Source: Marinobacter sp. (lineage in GTDB: Bacteria > Pseudomonadota > Gammaproteobacteria > Pseudomonadales > Oleiphilaceae). Taken from it: a stretch of DNA of 64,000 nt. Within the stretch, counting starts at the first letter, position 1. The number at the start of each line of letters is the position of its first letter. Location of the stretch: contig DATGNB010000084.1 of NCBI GenBank assembly GCA_035306945.1, forward strand, positions 6,038 through 70,037, written 5' to 3'. The position numbers and the translations under genes were made by a program. Positions 10,045 through 21,147 of this stretch are shown here, piece after piece. The notes below the pieces were generated by a model, which saw only the letters and a list, made by a program, of their open reading frames with translations, did no database searches and was not told the DNA's origin.

Positions 10045-11457
10045 TCAGATAATGCGGGAGAACCGCTGGCTGGCGCCCTGCTTCCGGTAGAAGTCGAAGA
10101 TCTGACAGATTGCCCGGATCAGCAGCCGGCCGGCCGGCTGAACCTGCAGGCAGTCACCGGTATCGGCCACCAGCTGGTCCCGTACCATGGGTTTGAGCCG
10201 GATCAGCTCATCCGCAAAGTAGCGGTCGAAATCCTCATGCCACTGGTCGGCAAACTGCTTCCGGTCAAGCCGGAACTGACAGATCAGCTGACCGATGACC
10301 CAGCGACGGATGCGATCATCCCGGCTCAGGCCGACACCCCGTACAATGGCCAGCTGGCCCGCGTCGACCGACGCTTCCCAGGACGGCAGATCATGGTTGT
10401 TCTGGAAATAGGCATCGTCGGTCTGACCAATCGCCGAGACCCCCAGCGACACCAGATCACAGTCGGCGTGGGTCGTGTAGCCCTGGAAGTTCCGGTGCAG
10501 CCGCCCTTCTCTCTGTGCGATTGCCAGGCTGTCTTCAGGCTTGGCAAAGTGGTCCATGCCGATGTATTCGTAACCGGCTTCCAGCAGGCGATTAATGGTG
10601 TTGTGCAGGATCGTCAGCTTTTGTTGCGGGCTGGGCAGGGTGTCTGCCTGAATCCGGGTTTGTGGATAGAAACGGTCCGGCAGGTGGGCGTAACTGAACA
10701 CCGAGAGCCGGTCCGGCGACATCCCGATCACCGCTTCCAGGGTCTCGGCAAAGCTTTCGGGGGTCTGGTAGGGCAAACCATAGATCAGGTCCAGGTTGAT
10801 CGAGCGGAAGCCGATACGACGCGCCTCATGCAGAACCGCTTCGGTCATTTCCCGGGGCTGAATGCGATTAACCGCCTTCTGGACCTCTGGATTGACATCC
10901 TGAACCCCCAGACTGATACGGTTGAACCCCAGCTCCCACAGGGTCGCCAGCGTATCATCCGCCACTTCCCGGGGATCAATCTCTACGCTGTAGTCCCGCT
11001 CGTCCCCGGCCTGGAGATTGAACAGCTCGCCGTAGCCCGCCATCAGATGCTGCATCACATCCCGCGGCAGGAAGGTGGGCGTGCCGCCGCCCCAGTGCAA
11101 CTGCTGCACCGGCCGGTCCGGACCAAAAAGCTTGGACTGGATAGCCGCCTCCTTCAGCACCCGCTCAACGTAGGGCATGGCTTTATCCCGCTTTTTGGTG
11201 ATCACCTTGTTACAAACGCAGTAGTAACACAGGTGCGCACAGAACGGCAGGTGGGTATAAAGCGAGACCGGGCCGCCGGCTGATTTGCTCCGGCCCGCGG
11301 CTTTAACCATATCCTCGATGGAGTAACGCTGGCTGAATTCCACAGCCGTGGGATAGGAGGTGTACCGGGGTCCGCTGAGATCGTAGCGGCGAATCAGGGC
11401 CTCGTCCCAGCTGAAAGCGGGAAGAGTGTGTGCTGCAGCAGCAGTATCAGAAGCCAT
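10045..11457 (-). CDS. hemN: Oxygen-independent coproporphyrinogen III oxidase
   Basis: GPRYTSYPTA, radical-SAM CAHLCYYC, HWGGGTPT, YIGMDHFA, RNFQGYTT. Confidence 0.96.
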   Translation of the reverse strand: MASDTAAAAHTLPAFSWDEALIRRYDLSGPRYTSYPTAVEFSQRYSIEDMVKAAGRSKSAGGPVSLYTHLPFCAHLCYYCVCNKVITKKRDKAMPYVERVLKEAAIQSKLFGPDRPVQQLHWGGGTPTFLPRDVMQHLMAGYGELFNLQAGDERDYSVEIDPREVADDTLATLWELGFNRISLGVQDVNPEVQKAVNRIQPREMTEAVLHEARRIGFRSINLDLIYGLPYQTPESFAETLEAVIGMSPDRLSVFSYAHLPDRFYPQTRIQADTLPSPQQKLTILHNTINRLLEAGYEYIGMDHFAKPEDSLAIAQREGRLHRNFQGYTTHADCDLVSLGVSAIGQTDDAYFQNNHDLPSWEASVDAGQLAIVRGVGLSRDDRIRRWVIGQLICQFRLDRKQFADQWHEDFDRYFADELIRLKPMVRDQLVADTGDCLQVQPAGRLLIRAICQIFDFYRKQGASQRFSRII

Positions 11458-11509
11458 AGAATAACTCTAACGTCGGATGGGTTCGGGTTCGGCATGCCGG
11501 AATGAACAT

Positions 11510-11551
11510 AGTATGCCTTACCGGCGGTTCACACGAGTTGATGCGGATCAG
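11510..11551 (-). promoter_or_regulatory. FNR/ANR-type class II promoter of hemN
   Basis: TTGAT-GCGG-ATCAG (11538-11551) and minus-strand -10 CATACT (11515-11510). Confidence 0.75.
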
Positions 11552-11678
11552 TTGAGTGTAGCAGCTCAGCTCCGACACTACGCTTGTGCCCTTGGCGTAG
11601 TTCGCCTACCTCCAAAGAGTTAACGCTGTTATGCTTCAGGCTACACCTTCCCCGGCACCAGAGAGGTTCTGCCGACAC

Positions 11679-12923
11679 ATGCGGATGCGGTCTCTGACAA
11701 CCGGATTGTTGATGGCTCTGGCAAGTGGCCTGGCAACCGGAGATCATCAGGTCTACAACCTGTACACCTTCCACTCTCCTCCCTATCAGTACACCGACGA
11801 GACCCCGGACGGCCAGAAGCTCAGCGGCGAAACCGTCGAGACCATCCGCTGCGTGATGACCCGGGCAGGAGCCCAGGCCAGCATCCGGCTGGTTCCGCAG
11901 AACCGGGGCCTCTACGCACTGAAGCGTAACCTGATCGATGGCTATTTTGCCGTCGACCGGTCAGCGGAACTCGATCAGAACGCCTGGCCCAGCCACCCGG
12001 TGGCGCTGGAGAAATGGCACTGGTTCTATATTGGTGAAAAGCCGGCGCCCGACGCTGCCCGCATCGGAGTGGTGAGCGGCAGCAATGAAGAGCTGTGGCT
12101 ACGCCGCCAGGGACTGGAACCTGTCGTCTCGGTGAGCCACGCCAGTCAGCTTCCTGCCCTGCTGGAACTCGAACGCATTGACCTGGCGCTGATGGACGAG
12201 CGGGTCATGTCCCGGATCCGCCGCGCCCAGCCCGATGATTACAGCGCCCTGGAACAGACCTTCCTGCGGTACGTACCGCTCCACCTTTATCTGAACCCGC
12301 AGTTCGTATCCGCCCATCCGGACTTTCTCAGCCGCTTTAACCTCGCACTACCCCCTTGCATGGGCATTCAGACAGAGCTGTCTGACGCAGAGCGTGCCCT
12401 CGTGCAACAGGCGGCTGATGGGCTGGTTCAGGATCTGCTCGGGACCGTGGATCTTAGCGAGGCGCTGCAGCCGGCCCCTGCTGCAGCTACTTTCACCGAC
12501 ATCCTTACCGAGGACGCTCTCTGGCGGGTGCTGGCACCTCAGCATATAACACCGCTGGCCCGGCATCTCTTGGATCTGCCCGCGTCGCAGGCGCTGGCAC
12601 ACTGGCAGGCCCTTCACGCGCCGCAGGTCACCGAGGTACTCCTGATTAACCAGCAAGGCGCGCTGGCCGCCATGAGCCAGCTAACTTCGGATTACTGGCA
12701 GGGCGATGAGCCGAAGTTTCAGGAACTGGTACAGGAGAAGCCCGGACAGGTTGTGCGCCGGCGTGCGCACTGGGTTTCTCCGATCGAATACGATGTCTCG
12801 ACCAACCGCTTTCAGGTGGTTGTCAGCTATGCCTTACCGGTGACCCACGCCAGCCAGGAGGTTAACGGCGTGCTGTCCATCGGGCTGGCGATTGAAGAAG
12901 TTCTGAAGAGCCGGGCCAACTAA
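11679..12923 (+). CDS. Exported protein: substrate-binding (family 3-like) domain fused to a Cache/PDC-like domain
   Basis: Signal-peptide-like N-terminus; SPPYQY...LSGETVE SBP pattern; C-terminal TEVLLINQQG...TSDYWQGDEPKF...NGVLSIG; start uncertain (11631-11685). Confidence 0.6.
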   Translation: MRMRSLTTGLLMALASGLATGDHQVYNLYTFHSPPYQYTDETPDGQKLSGETVETIRCVMTRAGAQASIRLVPQNRGLYALKRNLIDGYFAVDRSAELDQNAWPSHPVALEKWHWFYIGEKPAPDAARIGVVSGSNEELWLRRQGLEPVVSVSHASQLPALLELERIDLALMDERVMSRIRRAQPDDYSALEQTFLRYVPLHLYLNPQFVSAHPDFLSRFNLALPPCMGIQTELSDAERALVQQAADGLVQDLLGTVDLSEALQPAPAAATFTDILTEDALWRVLAPQHITPLARHLLDLPASQALAHWQALHAPQVTEVLLINQQGALAAMSQLTSDYWQGDEPKFQELVQEKPGQVVRRRAHWVSPIEYDVSTNRFQVVVSYALPVTHASQEVNGVLSIGLAIEEVLKSRAN

Positions 12924-14593
12924 GGCGGCCCCATTTCACACGCCAGAACCAGCGCCCAGAATTCCGAAAAATCATTCACCACCACATCCGGCTTGTGCGG
13001 ATGCTTGTGGGTGCCGGGAAAAATCCGGTCCAGCCAGGGCTGGTCCCACTGGGCACCGTTAAAGAACACGGCAGTCATGCCGGCACGTTTGGCAGCGATG
13101 ATGTCGGTGGTGGAGTCCCCCACATACCAGGCACTGGGGTCTGGTGGATAGTCAAGCCGCTGTACCGCCAGCAGCAACTGGTCTGGATGGGGTTTGCGCA
13201 AGGGGGTATCATCGCCGCATACATCCACATCAAACAGATGGGTCCAGCCGGTCTCGTCCACCGCACCGAGTTCATGCTCAAAAAACTCCCGGTCCCGGTT
13301 GGTGATCACCCCTAGCCCGATGTTCAACCCACGCAGGCCCTCGAGCATTTTCCGGACCCTGGGCTCAAAGGCCTTCACGGTGCCGTAATGGTTGCGATAA
13401 TGGTGGTTGAAGGCCTTGTGGGCAATCTGTTTGGCATCGTGGTCGTCTCCGAACAGCACTTCAAAAATATCCGTCCGGGAGATTTTCCGGTCGGCCTTTA
13501 CCTTTGGATGTAACCGGGCGAACTCCCTGACGTAGGCCACCAGCCGGGCATCTTCCGGTGTTTTACTGTCCTCCGGTGAGACCATCCGGCCCATCAGTCC
13601 GAGTCTGTGAAAATCCGGCAGCATGTCGTCTACGGCGTGATACATGGCGTCGAGGGTGTCCACCAGCGTGGCATGCCAGTCAAACAGGATCACGGCCGGC
13701 CGGATCAGCCTGACTACCGCCGGGTGCCAGTCTGGCTCGACCCGTGGCACCGGCCGTTCAGGCAGCGGGAATGGCGCCGGGCGCACCGTATCGGGATTGA
13801 CCTCAAAGGTACCCGGCACCTCGTCTTCCAGTGTCTGGAGAAGGTCCATCAACTGCTCAAAACTGTCGAGTATCGCCATGGGCGCATCCCGGGAGGCGAA
13901 CCAGCCCGATATACGCTCCCTCTCCCAGCCGGCACCGTTGTAAAATACGCCCGTCACACCGGCGTTGTGAGCCGTCAGCATATCCACGTAACTGTCACCC
14001 AGGTACCAGGCCCCACTCTCCACGGTCGCTCCCGCCTTCTCCAGGGCCTTCAGCAGTACCTGAGGGTCGGGCTTGTACTCGGTCACATCATCGGCGCAGA
14101 CAATCACCTCAAACAATCCCTCCCACCGGCCCTCATCCACCGTTTGCAGCTCCTTATCCAGGAACTCCCGGTTACGGTTGGTCGAGATTCCCAGCCGGAT
14201 TCCCATGGCCCTGAGGGCACACAGGTAGTCATAGGCGCCGGGCTGGAACGGTTTTACCTGACCAAAGTATTTACGGTAAGCGGTGTTGTAAGCCTGGTGA
14301 GCAATCAGCTTTGCGGGCTTGTTGCTGCCGAAAATGGCGTTGAAGATATCGGTGCGGGATACCCGCCTCTCCGCCAGAATACGAGGGTGCAGGCGGCGGA
14401 AAATGCGGATGTAGCGGACCAGCCGGGCATCGTCTTCGGTACGGCATTCCTCCTCCGGTAACAGCTGCTCCACCAGCCCGAGGTCTTCCAGACGGGGCAG
14501 CATGTCCTCCATCGCACTGAACATTGCGTCGTGGGTATCCACCAGCGTCCCGTGCCAGTCAAAAATGATGATCGAGGGTGGATTCCGTTGCAT
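12920..14593 (-). CDS. Tandem two-domain HAD-superfamily hydrolase
   Basis: Two homologous halves: FDWHGTLVDT...KPDP...YLGDS and FDWHATLVDT...KPHP...YVGDS. Confidence 0.85.
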   Translation of the reverse strand: MQRNPPSIIIFDWHGTLVDTHDAMFSAMEDMLPRLEDLGLVEQLLPEEECRTEDDARLVRYIRIFRRLHPRILAERRVSRTDIFNAIFGSNKPAKLIAHQAYNTAYRKYFGQVKPFQPGAYDYLCALRAMGIRLGISTNRNREFLDKELQTVDEGRWEGLFEVIVCADDVTEYKPDPQVLLKALEKAGATVESGAWYLGDSYVDMLTAHNAGVTGVFYNGAGWERERISGWFASRDAPMAILDSFEQLMDLLQTLEDEVPGTFEVNPDTVRPAPFPLPERPVPRVEPDWHPAVVRLIRPAVILFDWHATLVDTLDAMYHAVDDMLPDFHRLGLMGRMVSPEDSKTPEDARLVAYVREFARLHPKVKADRKISRTDIFEVLFGDDHDAKQIAHKAFNHHYRNHYGTVKAFEPRVRKMLEGLRGLNIGLGVITNRDREFFEHELGAVDETGWTHLFDVDVCGDDTPLRKPHPDQLLLAVQRLDYPPDPSAWYVGDSTTDIIAAKRAGMTAVFFNGAQWDQPWLDRIFPGTHKHPHKPDVVVNDFSEFWALVLACEMGPP

Positions 14594-14709
14594 GATCTCT
14601 TCCCGCGCACTTGCATCACGATGCCAACCTTTCAAATGTAGCATAATCGCCGGTATCGACCCTGGCGCGAGGCCAGAATGCCCTCAGCAACACACATCGC
14701 GATTGACGC

Positions 14710-14741
14710 TTGACCCTGGAGCAGCTACAAGGTTTTTAAAT
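14710..14741 (+). promoter_or_regulatory. MerR-family (CadR/ZntR-type) metal-responsive promoter/operator
   Basis: -35 TTGACC, 20-bp spacer containing dyad ACCCTGGAG-cag-CTACAAGGT, -10 TTAAAT; precedes a cation transporter. Confidence 0.7.
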
Positions 14742-14768
14742 AGAGGCATTTACCTGACGGAGTTCTCT

Positions 14769-15422
14769 ATGGGCTGTTCCTGTTCTGCCCCTGCACCCAG
14801 CGCTCCGCCACCGGGCTTCCGCCGTGCCCTGTGGGTGGCACTTTGGGTCAACCTGATCATGTTTCTGGTCGAGGGCGTGGCCAGTTTCCAATCCGGCTCG
14901 GTAGCGCTGATGGCAGACGCCATCGACTTCTTTGGTGACAGCGCCAACTATCTGCTGTCCCTGAGTGTGTTGGGAATGGGCCTGTTATGGCGTGGCCGCG
15001 CGGCACTGGTCAAAGGCCTCACCATGGCCACTTTCGGACTCGTTGTGTGGGGCCGGGCGATCTGGGTGATGCAAAGCGGCCAGGCACCGGAGCCGCTGAC
15101 CATGGGCCTGGTCGGCCTGCTGGCACTGGCCGCCAATGTGGTGGTAGCGATCATCCTGTTTCGCTTTCGCAGCGGCGACTCGGACATGCGGTCGGTATGG
15201 CTGTGCAGTCGCAACGATGCTCTTGGTAATCTGGCGGTGATGGCCGCTGCCCTGGGTGTATTCGGCACAGGCAGCGCCTGGCCGGACCTGGTCGTGGCCG
15301 CCATCATGGGCACGCTGGCGATCAGCGCCGGGGTAAGCGTAGCGCGTCATGCCCGCCGGGATATCGCCCGGGCCCGGGCAACTCACACTCACCCGGCGGC
15401 GGCAGTCCTGCCGGATTCCTGA
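14769..15422 (+). CDS. Cation diffusion facilitator-like Co/Zn/Cd transporter
   Basis: N-terminal MGCSCS; SVALMADAIDFFGDSANY; VWLCSRNDALGN; WPDLVVA. Confidence 0.85.
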   Translation: MGCSCSAPAPSAPPPGFRRALWVALWVNLIMFLVEGVASFQSGSVALMADAIDFFGDSANYLLSLSVLGMGLLWRGRAALVKGLTMATFGLVVWGRAIWVMQSGQAPEPLTMGLVGLLALAANVVVAIILFRFRSGDSDMRSVWLCSRNDALGNLAVMAAALGVFGTGSAWPDLVVAAIMGTLAISAGVSVARHARRDIARARATHTHPAAAVLPDS

Positions 15423-15423
15423 A

Positions 15424-16341
15424 TCAGAGCAGCCAGGCAATCATCAACGGAATGTAAACCAGCGCGAAGAGTGTACTGAGCAGGGTGGTCCCCGCAGCCT
15501 GGCGCGGGGAGGCATCCAGCAAGGTGGCGATCACCACCGTATTGGCTGCGATCGGTGTAATGGAAATCAGGAAGATCACCTGGTGTACCGCATGCTCGTA
15601 GATACCCAGTACCCGGGCATCCAGCCACCAGAATGCCAGCGCCAGCAGCGGCCAGCTGACAAATTTCCCGAAAAACGCCAATCCGGTAAAAACCGGGTTA
15701 CCCGCCAGCCCGCGGAACCCGCGGATACTCATCCCGATAATCATCATGCCCAGTACACTGTATGTGCCCCGCAGGTTATCAAACAGCGGCACAAACACTT
15801 CGTGGATACCGATACCGCCCAGGTTCAGCAACACAGCCAGCACAAACGCGTACACCGAAGGCAGCCGGACCACCCGGCGCAGGGCGTCGGGGATACTGTA
15901 GTTGCCCCGGGCCGCCAGATAAAACCCCACCGAGTTTTCAAACAGGGTGGTGCCGAGCATACAGACGATGTACAGCGCCAGCCCTTCTTCCCCAAACAGC
16001 AATAACGCAACCGGCACCCCGAAATAACCGGTGTTGCCCGTACCCACCGCTAACGGCACCACCGCCGCAGAGCCGTCCGAAAGCAGTTTTCTGGCGATGA
16101 ACAGATGCCCCAGGGCCAGCACCGTGCAGAACCCGAACACCAGTACCGGCAGGAGAATCACTTCCGGGCTCAGGGGCGCGGCCATCACGCCGGAGAACAC
16201 CACCGAAGGCGTAACGATATAGAGCATGATGCCGGCAATGTGGCGGCCACTGGCTTCCAGGTAGCGCCCGGCAAGCCAGCCCAGAGCAACAGTAACGTAC
16301 AGCGGCAACAGTTTAATCAGAAGGGCCAGGGCGGCGGACAT
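15424..16341 (-). CDS. AEC (auxin efflux carrier) family transporter
   Basis: About 10 TM; GNTGYFGVP and TPIAAN motifs. Confidence 0.85.
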   Translation of the reverse strand: MSAALALLIKLLPLYVTVALGWLAGRYLEASGRHIAGIMLYIVTPSVVFSGVMAAPLSPEVILLPVLVFGFCTVLALGHLFIARKLLSDGSAAVVPLAVGTGNTGYFGVPVALLLFGEEGLALYIVCMLGTTLFENSVGFYLAARGNYSIPDALRRVVRLPSVYAFVLAVLLNLGGIGIHEVFVPLFDNLRGTYSVLGMMIIGMSIRGFRGLAGNPVFTGLAFFGKFVSWPLLALAFWWLDARVLGIYEHAVHQVIFLISITPIAANTVVIATLLDASPRQAAGTTLLSTLFALVYIPLMIAWLL

Positions 16342-16448
16342 GACGGCTCCGGGTAGAGATCCACACTCGTACTGAAAGCCGTTCAGTCTATCACCATCCG
16401 GTCGCCAGGCAATTTTCTCACCGCCTTCAGGAATTTATTTTTTCGGGT

Positions 16449-16490
16449 TTGATAACCATCAAAAGTATTTTCTATACATGTTTATATCCT
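16449..16490 (+). promoter_or_regulatory. DNR/FNR class II promoter of norCB with an overlapping NsrR-like site
   Basis: Perfect TTGAT-AACC-ATCAA (16449-16462); -10 TATCCT (16485-16490); CAAAAGTATTT-T-CTATACATGTT (16460-16482) resembles the NsrR 11-1-11 site. Confidence 0.8.
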
Positions 16491-16533
16491 AGAGAGGCAC
16501 TCAGGTATTCGATACAAACGAGGAGAGAAGCCA

Positions 16534-18409
<1,876 letters not shown>

Positions 18410-18419
18410 ACCCACGATG

Positions 18420-18442
18420 AGCCGGGGCCCGAGGCCCCGGCT
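18420..18442 (+). other. GC-rich intercistronic hairpin between norB and norD
   Basis: AGCCGGGGCC-CGA-GGCCCCGGCT with no U-tract. Confidence 0.5.
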
Positions 18443-18476
18443 ATGGCTCCTCTTTCCCAGCAAGCCCGGAGACAAA

Positions 18477-20300
18477 ATGGAAGAATGGGTCGGACTCAAG
18501 TGGCACCAATACGTTACCCGGCACGCCATGGGGGAGTTCCCCGAGCACGCCGTGAACCTGAAGGACGAAGCCCGGACTCTGGGGCTCCTGTTTCGCGCCC
18601 TGGGGGGTGATCCGGCCCTGAGCCTGGTGACCGCAGAACCCCGGCACTTCCAGATCCGGCGCCGGTTTCTGCAGAAACTGGCCGGCACCCACCGAAAGTT
18701 CGAGCTGGCCTGGCGTGACGAGGAGAGCCTGAGACTGCCCGACCGGATTGCCCTGTTTCCGTCCCGGCGGGTTAACCGGGACCTCTATCTCTGGCTCGCC
18801 GCCCTGGCGTCGCTGGGAGAAATCCATCATCACAGCTGGCTGCAGGGCAACCAGGCCATGGTGCAACAGCTGCTTGGCCAGTGGCCAGGGCTTGAGCCGG
18901 TGTACCAGCGTCTGGTGCGGCATACCTTACAATGGCGTCCGCACCCGGAAACACTCAATGGCCCGGAAGCCGAGCGGGAGCGGGCGATCCGCCAGGCCCT
19001 GATTCACCCCGGCAGCGTCCCGACGCTGCCCGATGCCCTTACCGACCCCTGGCCGGTGGTGCTGTGGCTGTATCCGGTGCTGGGCCGGGGCAGGCTTGAG
19101 GGCCAGGTGATCGGCGACGACAATGCCCGGTCCGGGCCCGGAGGCCTGGCCAAAAAACGCAAGCGCCGCCAGGCCGAACGGGTGGATGCGTTCGATAAAG
19201 ACCAGGGGCTCATGCTGTTCCGGCTGGAGAGCCTGTTTTCCTGGTCTGAGTTTATTCCGGTGGATCGCGCCGGGGACGATACCGATGAAGACGATGCCGA
19301 GTCGGTGGCTGATGATATGGATATGATTTCGGTGTCCATGGATCGTCGCGAGGCGTCGTCTGCCATCAAGTTCGACCTGGATCTGCCATCGGAGGAAAAT
19401 GACGACCTGCGGCTGGGGCCAGGCATTCATCTGCCGGAGTGGGACTGGCGCCGGCAGGCTTACCGGGAAAAATTCTGCTGCTTGCAGCCCATGCTGAGCA
19501 AAGAGGCGGTGCCCACTCCCCTGCCCGGGCACCTGAGCCGCGCAGCCCGGATACTTCGCCGGCAGTTCAGTGCACTCAAACCGTTGCGGCAATGGGAACG
19601 CCGGCAACGGGATGGTGACGAGCTGGACCTGGATGCCTGCCTGGAACGTATTGTCCAGCACCAGCGCGGAGCCGGCGAAACCGACCACAAGCTGTTCCGT
19701 CAGTGCCGCCACAGCCAGCGCGACCTCGCCTGCCTGGTCCTGACGGATGCTTCACTCTCAACCGACACCTACATCAACAATCATCAGCGGGTGATTGATG
19801 TAGCCCGGGACGGTCTGCAGCTGCTGAGCGAAGCCTTGTCGGCCAGCCGTGACCCCTTCGCGGTGTTTGCGTTTTCCTCCCGCCACCGGGACCACATACG
19901 CTTCCATCACCTCAAAGGCTTTGATGAGCCCTACAGCGATCTGGTTCGTGGCCGCATCCAGGCTCTGGAGCCCGGTTACTACACCCGTATGGGTGCCGCC
20001 ATACGCCAGGCCACACGCCTGCTGCAGGCTCGCCCGGAACAACAGAAGATCCTGTTGTTACTGACCGACGGCAAGCCCAACGACCTGGACCTGTACGAGG
20101 GCCGTTACGGGGTTGAGGATACCCGGATGGCGGTACTGGAGGCTCACAAAGCCGGCCTGGTCCCGTTTTGTATCACCATCGATGAAGAAGCGGCGGAATA
20201 CCTCCCCTACGTTTTCGGCAGCAGCCATTTTGTCGTCATCCGGGACCCGGCCCAGCTGCCCGGCCAACTGCCCCGGCTGTACCTGAACCTGACGTGTTAA
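18477..20300 (+). CDS. norD: NOR activation protein NorD (VWA domain)
   Basis: MEEWVGLKWH, LPEWDWR, MIDAS DASLST, PGYYTRMGAAIR, LTDGKPNDLDLYEGRYG. Confidence 0.93.
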   Translation: MEEWVGLKWHQYVTRHAMGEFPEHAVNLKDEARTLGLLFRALGGDPALSLVTAEPRHFQIRRRFLQKLAGTHRKFELAWRDEESLRLPDRIALFPSRRVNRDLYLWLAALASLGEIHHHSWLQGNQAMVQQLLGQWPGLEPVYQRLVRHTLQWRPHPETLNGPEAERERAIRQALIHPGSVPTLPDALTDPWPVVLWLYPVLGRGRLEGQVIGDDNARSGPGGLAKKRKRRQAERVDAFDKDQGLMLFRLESLFSWSEFIPVDRAGDDTDEDDAESVADDMDMISVSMDRREASSAIKFDLDLPSEENDDLRLGPGIHLPEWDWRRQAYREKFCCLQPMLSKEAVPTPLPGHLSRAARILRRQFSALKPLRQWERRQRDGDELDLDACLERIVQHQRGAGETDHKLFRQCRHSQRDLACLVLTDASLSTDTYINNHQRVIDVARDGLQLLSEALSASRDPFAVFAFSSRHRDHIRFHHLKGFDEPYSDLVRGRIQALEPGYYTRMGAAIRQATRLLQARPEQQKILLLLTDGKPNDLDLYEGRYGVEDTRMAVLEAHKAGLVPFCITIDEEAAEYLPYVFGSSHFVVIRDPAQLPGQLPRLYLNLTC

Positions 20301-20311
20301 AGGAGACCATC

Positions 20312-20887
20312 TTGGCCAACAGTGCTCTTGCCCGGCCCCGGCACCTGCCCGGTGACATCGCCGTCTGGATTTTCATTTTTGCCGAGCTGGCGGTATTTGC
20401 CATCATGTTCATCGGTTACGGCGTTGCCCGATACCTGGACCCGGTCCTCTTCACTTCCGGCAAGCAGGCCCTTCACCCCGGGGCAGGCCTGATCAATACG
20501 CTCAGCCTGATCAGTGCCAGCTACCTTGTTGCTGTCGCGGTTCAGCGCCTGCGCAACCAGAGCCAAGGTGCGGCACCGCTGCTCAGGGCCGCGGTGGCCG
20601 TATCCTGCGTGTACACCCTGGGCAAGCTGTGGGAATACGCCGACCTCTACAGTGCCGGTTACAACCTCGGCACCGACACTTTTTTCATGTTCTATTTCTT
20701 TCTCACCTTCTTTCACTTCATGCACGTGGTCCTGGGCCAGATCATCCTTGTGGTACTGGCGATAAAGGTGAAGAACGGGGAGTACCACAAGGGTGAAATG
20801 AATGCGGTGGAGTCCGGTGCCTGTTATTGGCACATGGTGGACCTGGTTTGGCTGGTGCTGTTCCCGATGCTGTATGTTCTGGCCTGA
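20312..20887 (+). CDS. norE: NorE (cytochrome c oxidase subunit III-like)
   Basis: HLPGDIAVWIFIFAEL, HFMHV, YWHMVDLVW; TTG start after AGGAG (GTG 20294 is an alternative). Confidence 0.85.
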   Translation: MANSALARPRHLPGDIAVWIFIFAELAVFAIMFIGYGVARYLDPVLFTSGKQALHPGAGLINTLSLISASYLVAVAVQRLRNQSQGAAPLLRAAVAVSCVYTLGKLWEYADLYSAGYNLGTDTFFMFYFFLTFFHFMHVVLGQIILVVLAIKVKNGEYHKGEMNAVESGACYWHMVDLVWLVLFPMLYVLA

Positions 20888-20893
20888 GGAGGC

Positions 20894-21139
20894 GTGCGAA
20901 TGATGACGGTTTTTCTGGCTCTGCTGGCCTGTACGGTTACGCCGGTCCTGATCATGCACACCACCGGCAGTACCACGGTTCTGCTCTGGGTGGTTTTCAG
21001 CCTGGTATTGATCAAAGCGGTATTGCTGGTGGATCACTTTATGGAGATGAAGTCAGCACCCCAGATCTGGCGCCTGGCCGCCCAGTCCTGGGCGGTCGTG
21101 GTGGTGGCCGCGCTTGCGGCCCTCCACGTGCTGTCCTGA
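20894..21139 (+). CDS. norF: NorF (COX subunit IV-like small membrane protein)
   Basis: IKAVLLVDHFMEMKSAPQIWR; GAGGAGG RBS; follows norE. Confidence 0.75.
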   Translation: MRMMTVFLALLACTVTPVLIMHTTGSTTVLLWVVFSLVLIKAVLLVDHFMEMKSAPQIWRLAAQSWAVVVVAALAALHVLS

Positions 21140-21147
21140 TCCGGAGC

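Noticed and set aside
9883-11283. 466-aa ORF antisense to hemN
   Set aside because: Shadow frame typical of GC-rich coding DNA; no motifs and no RBS
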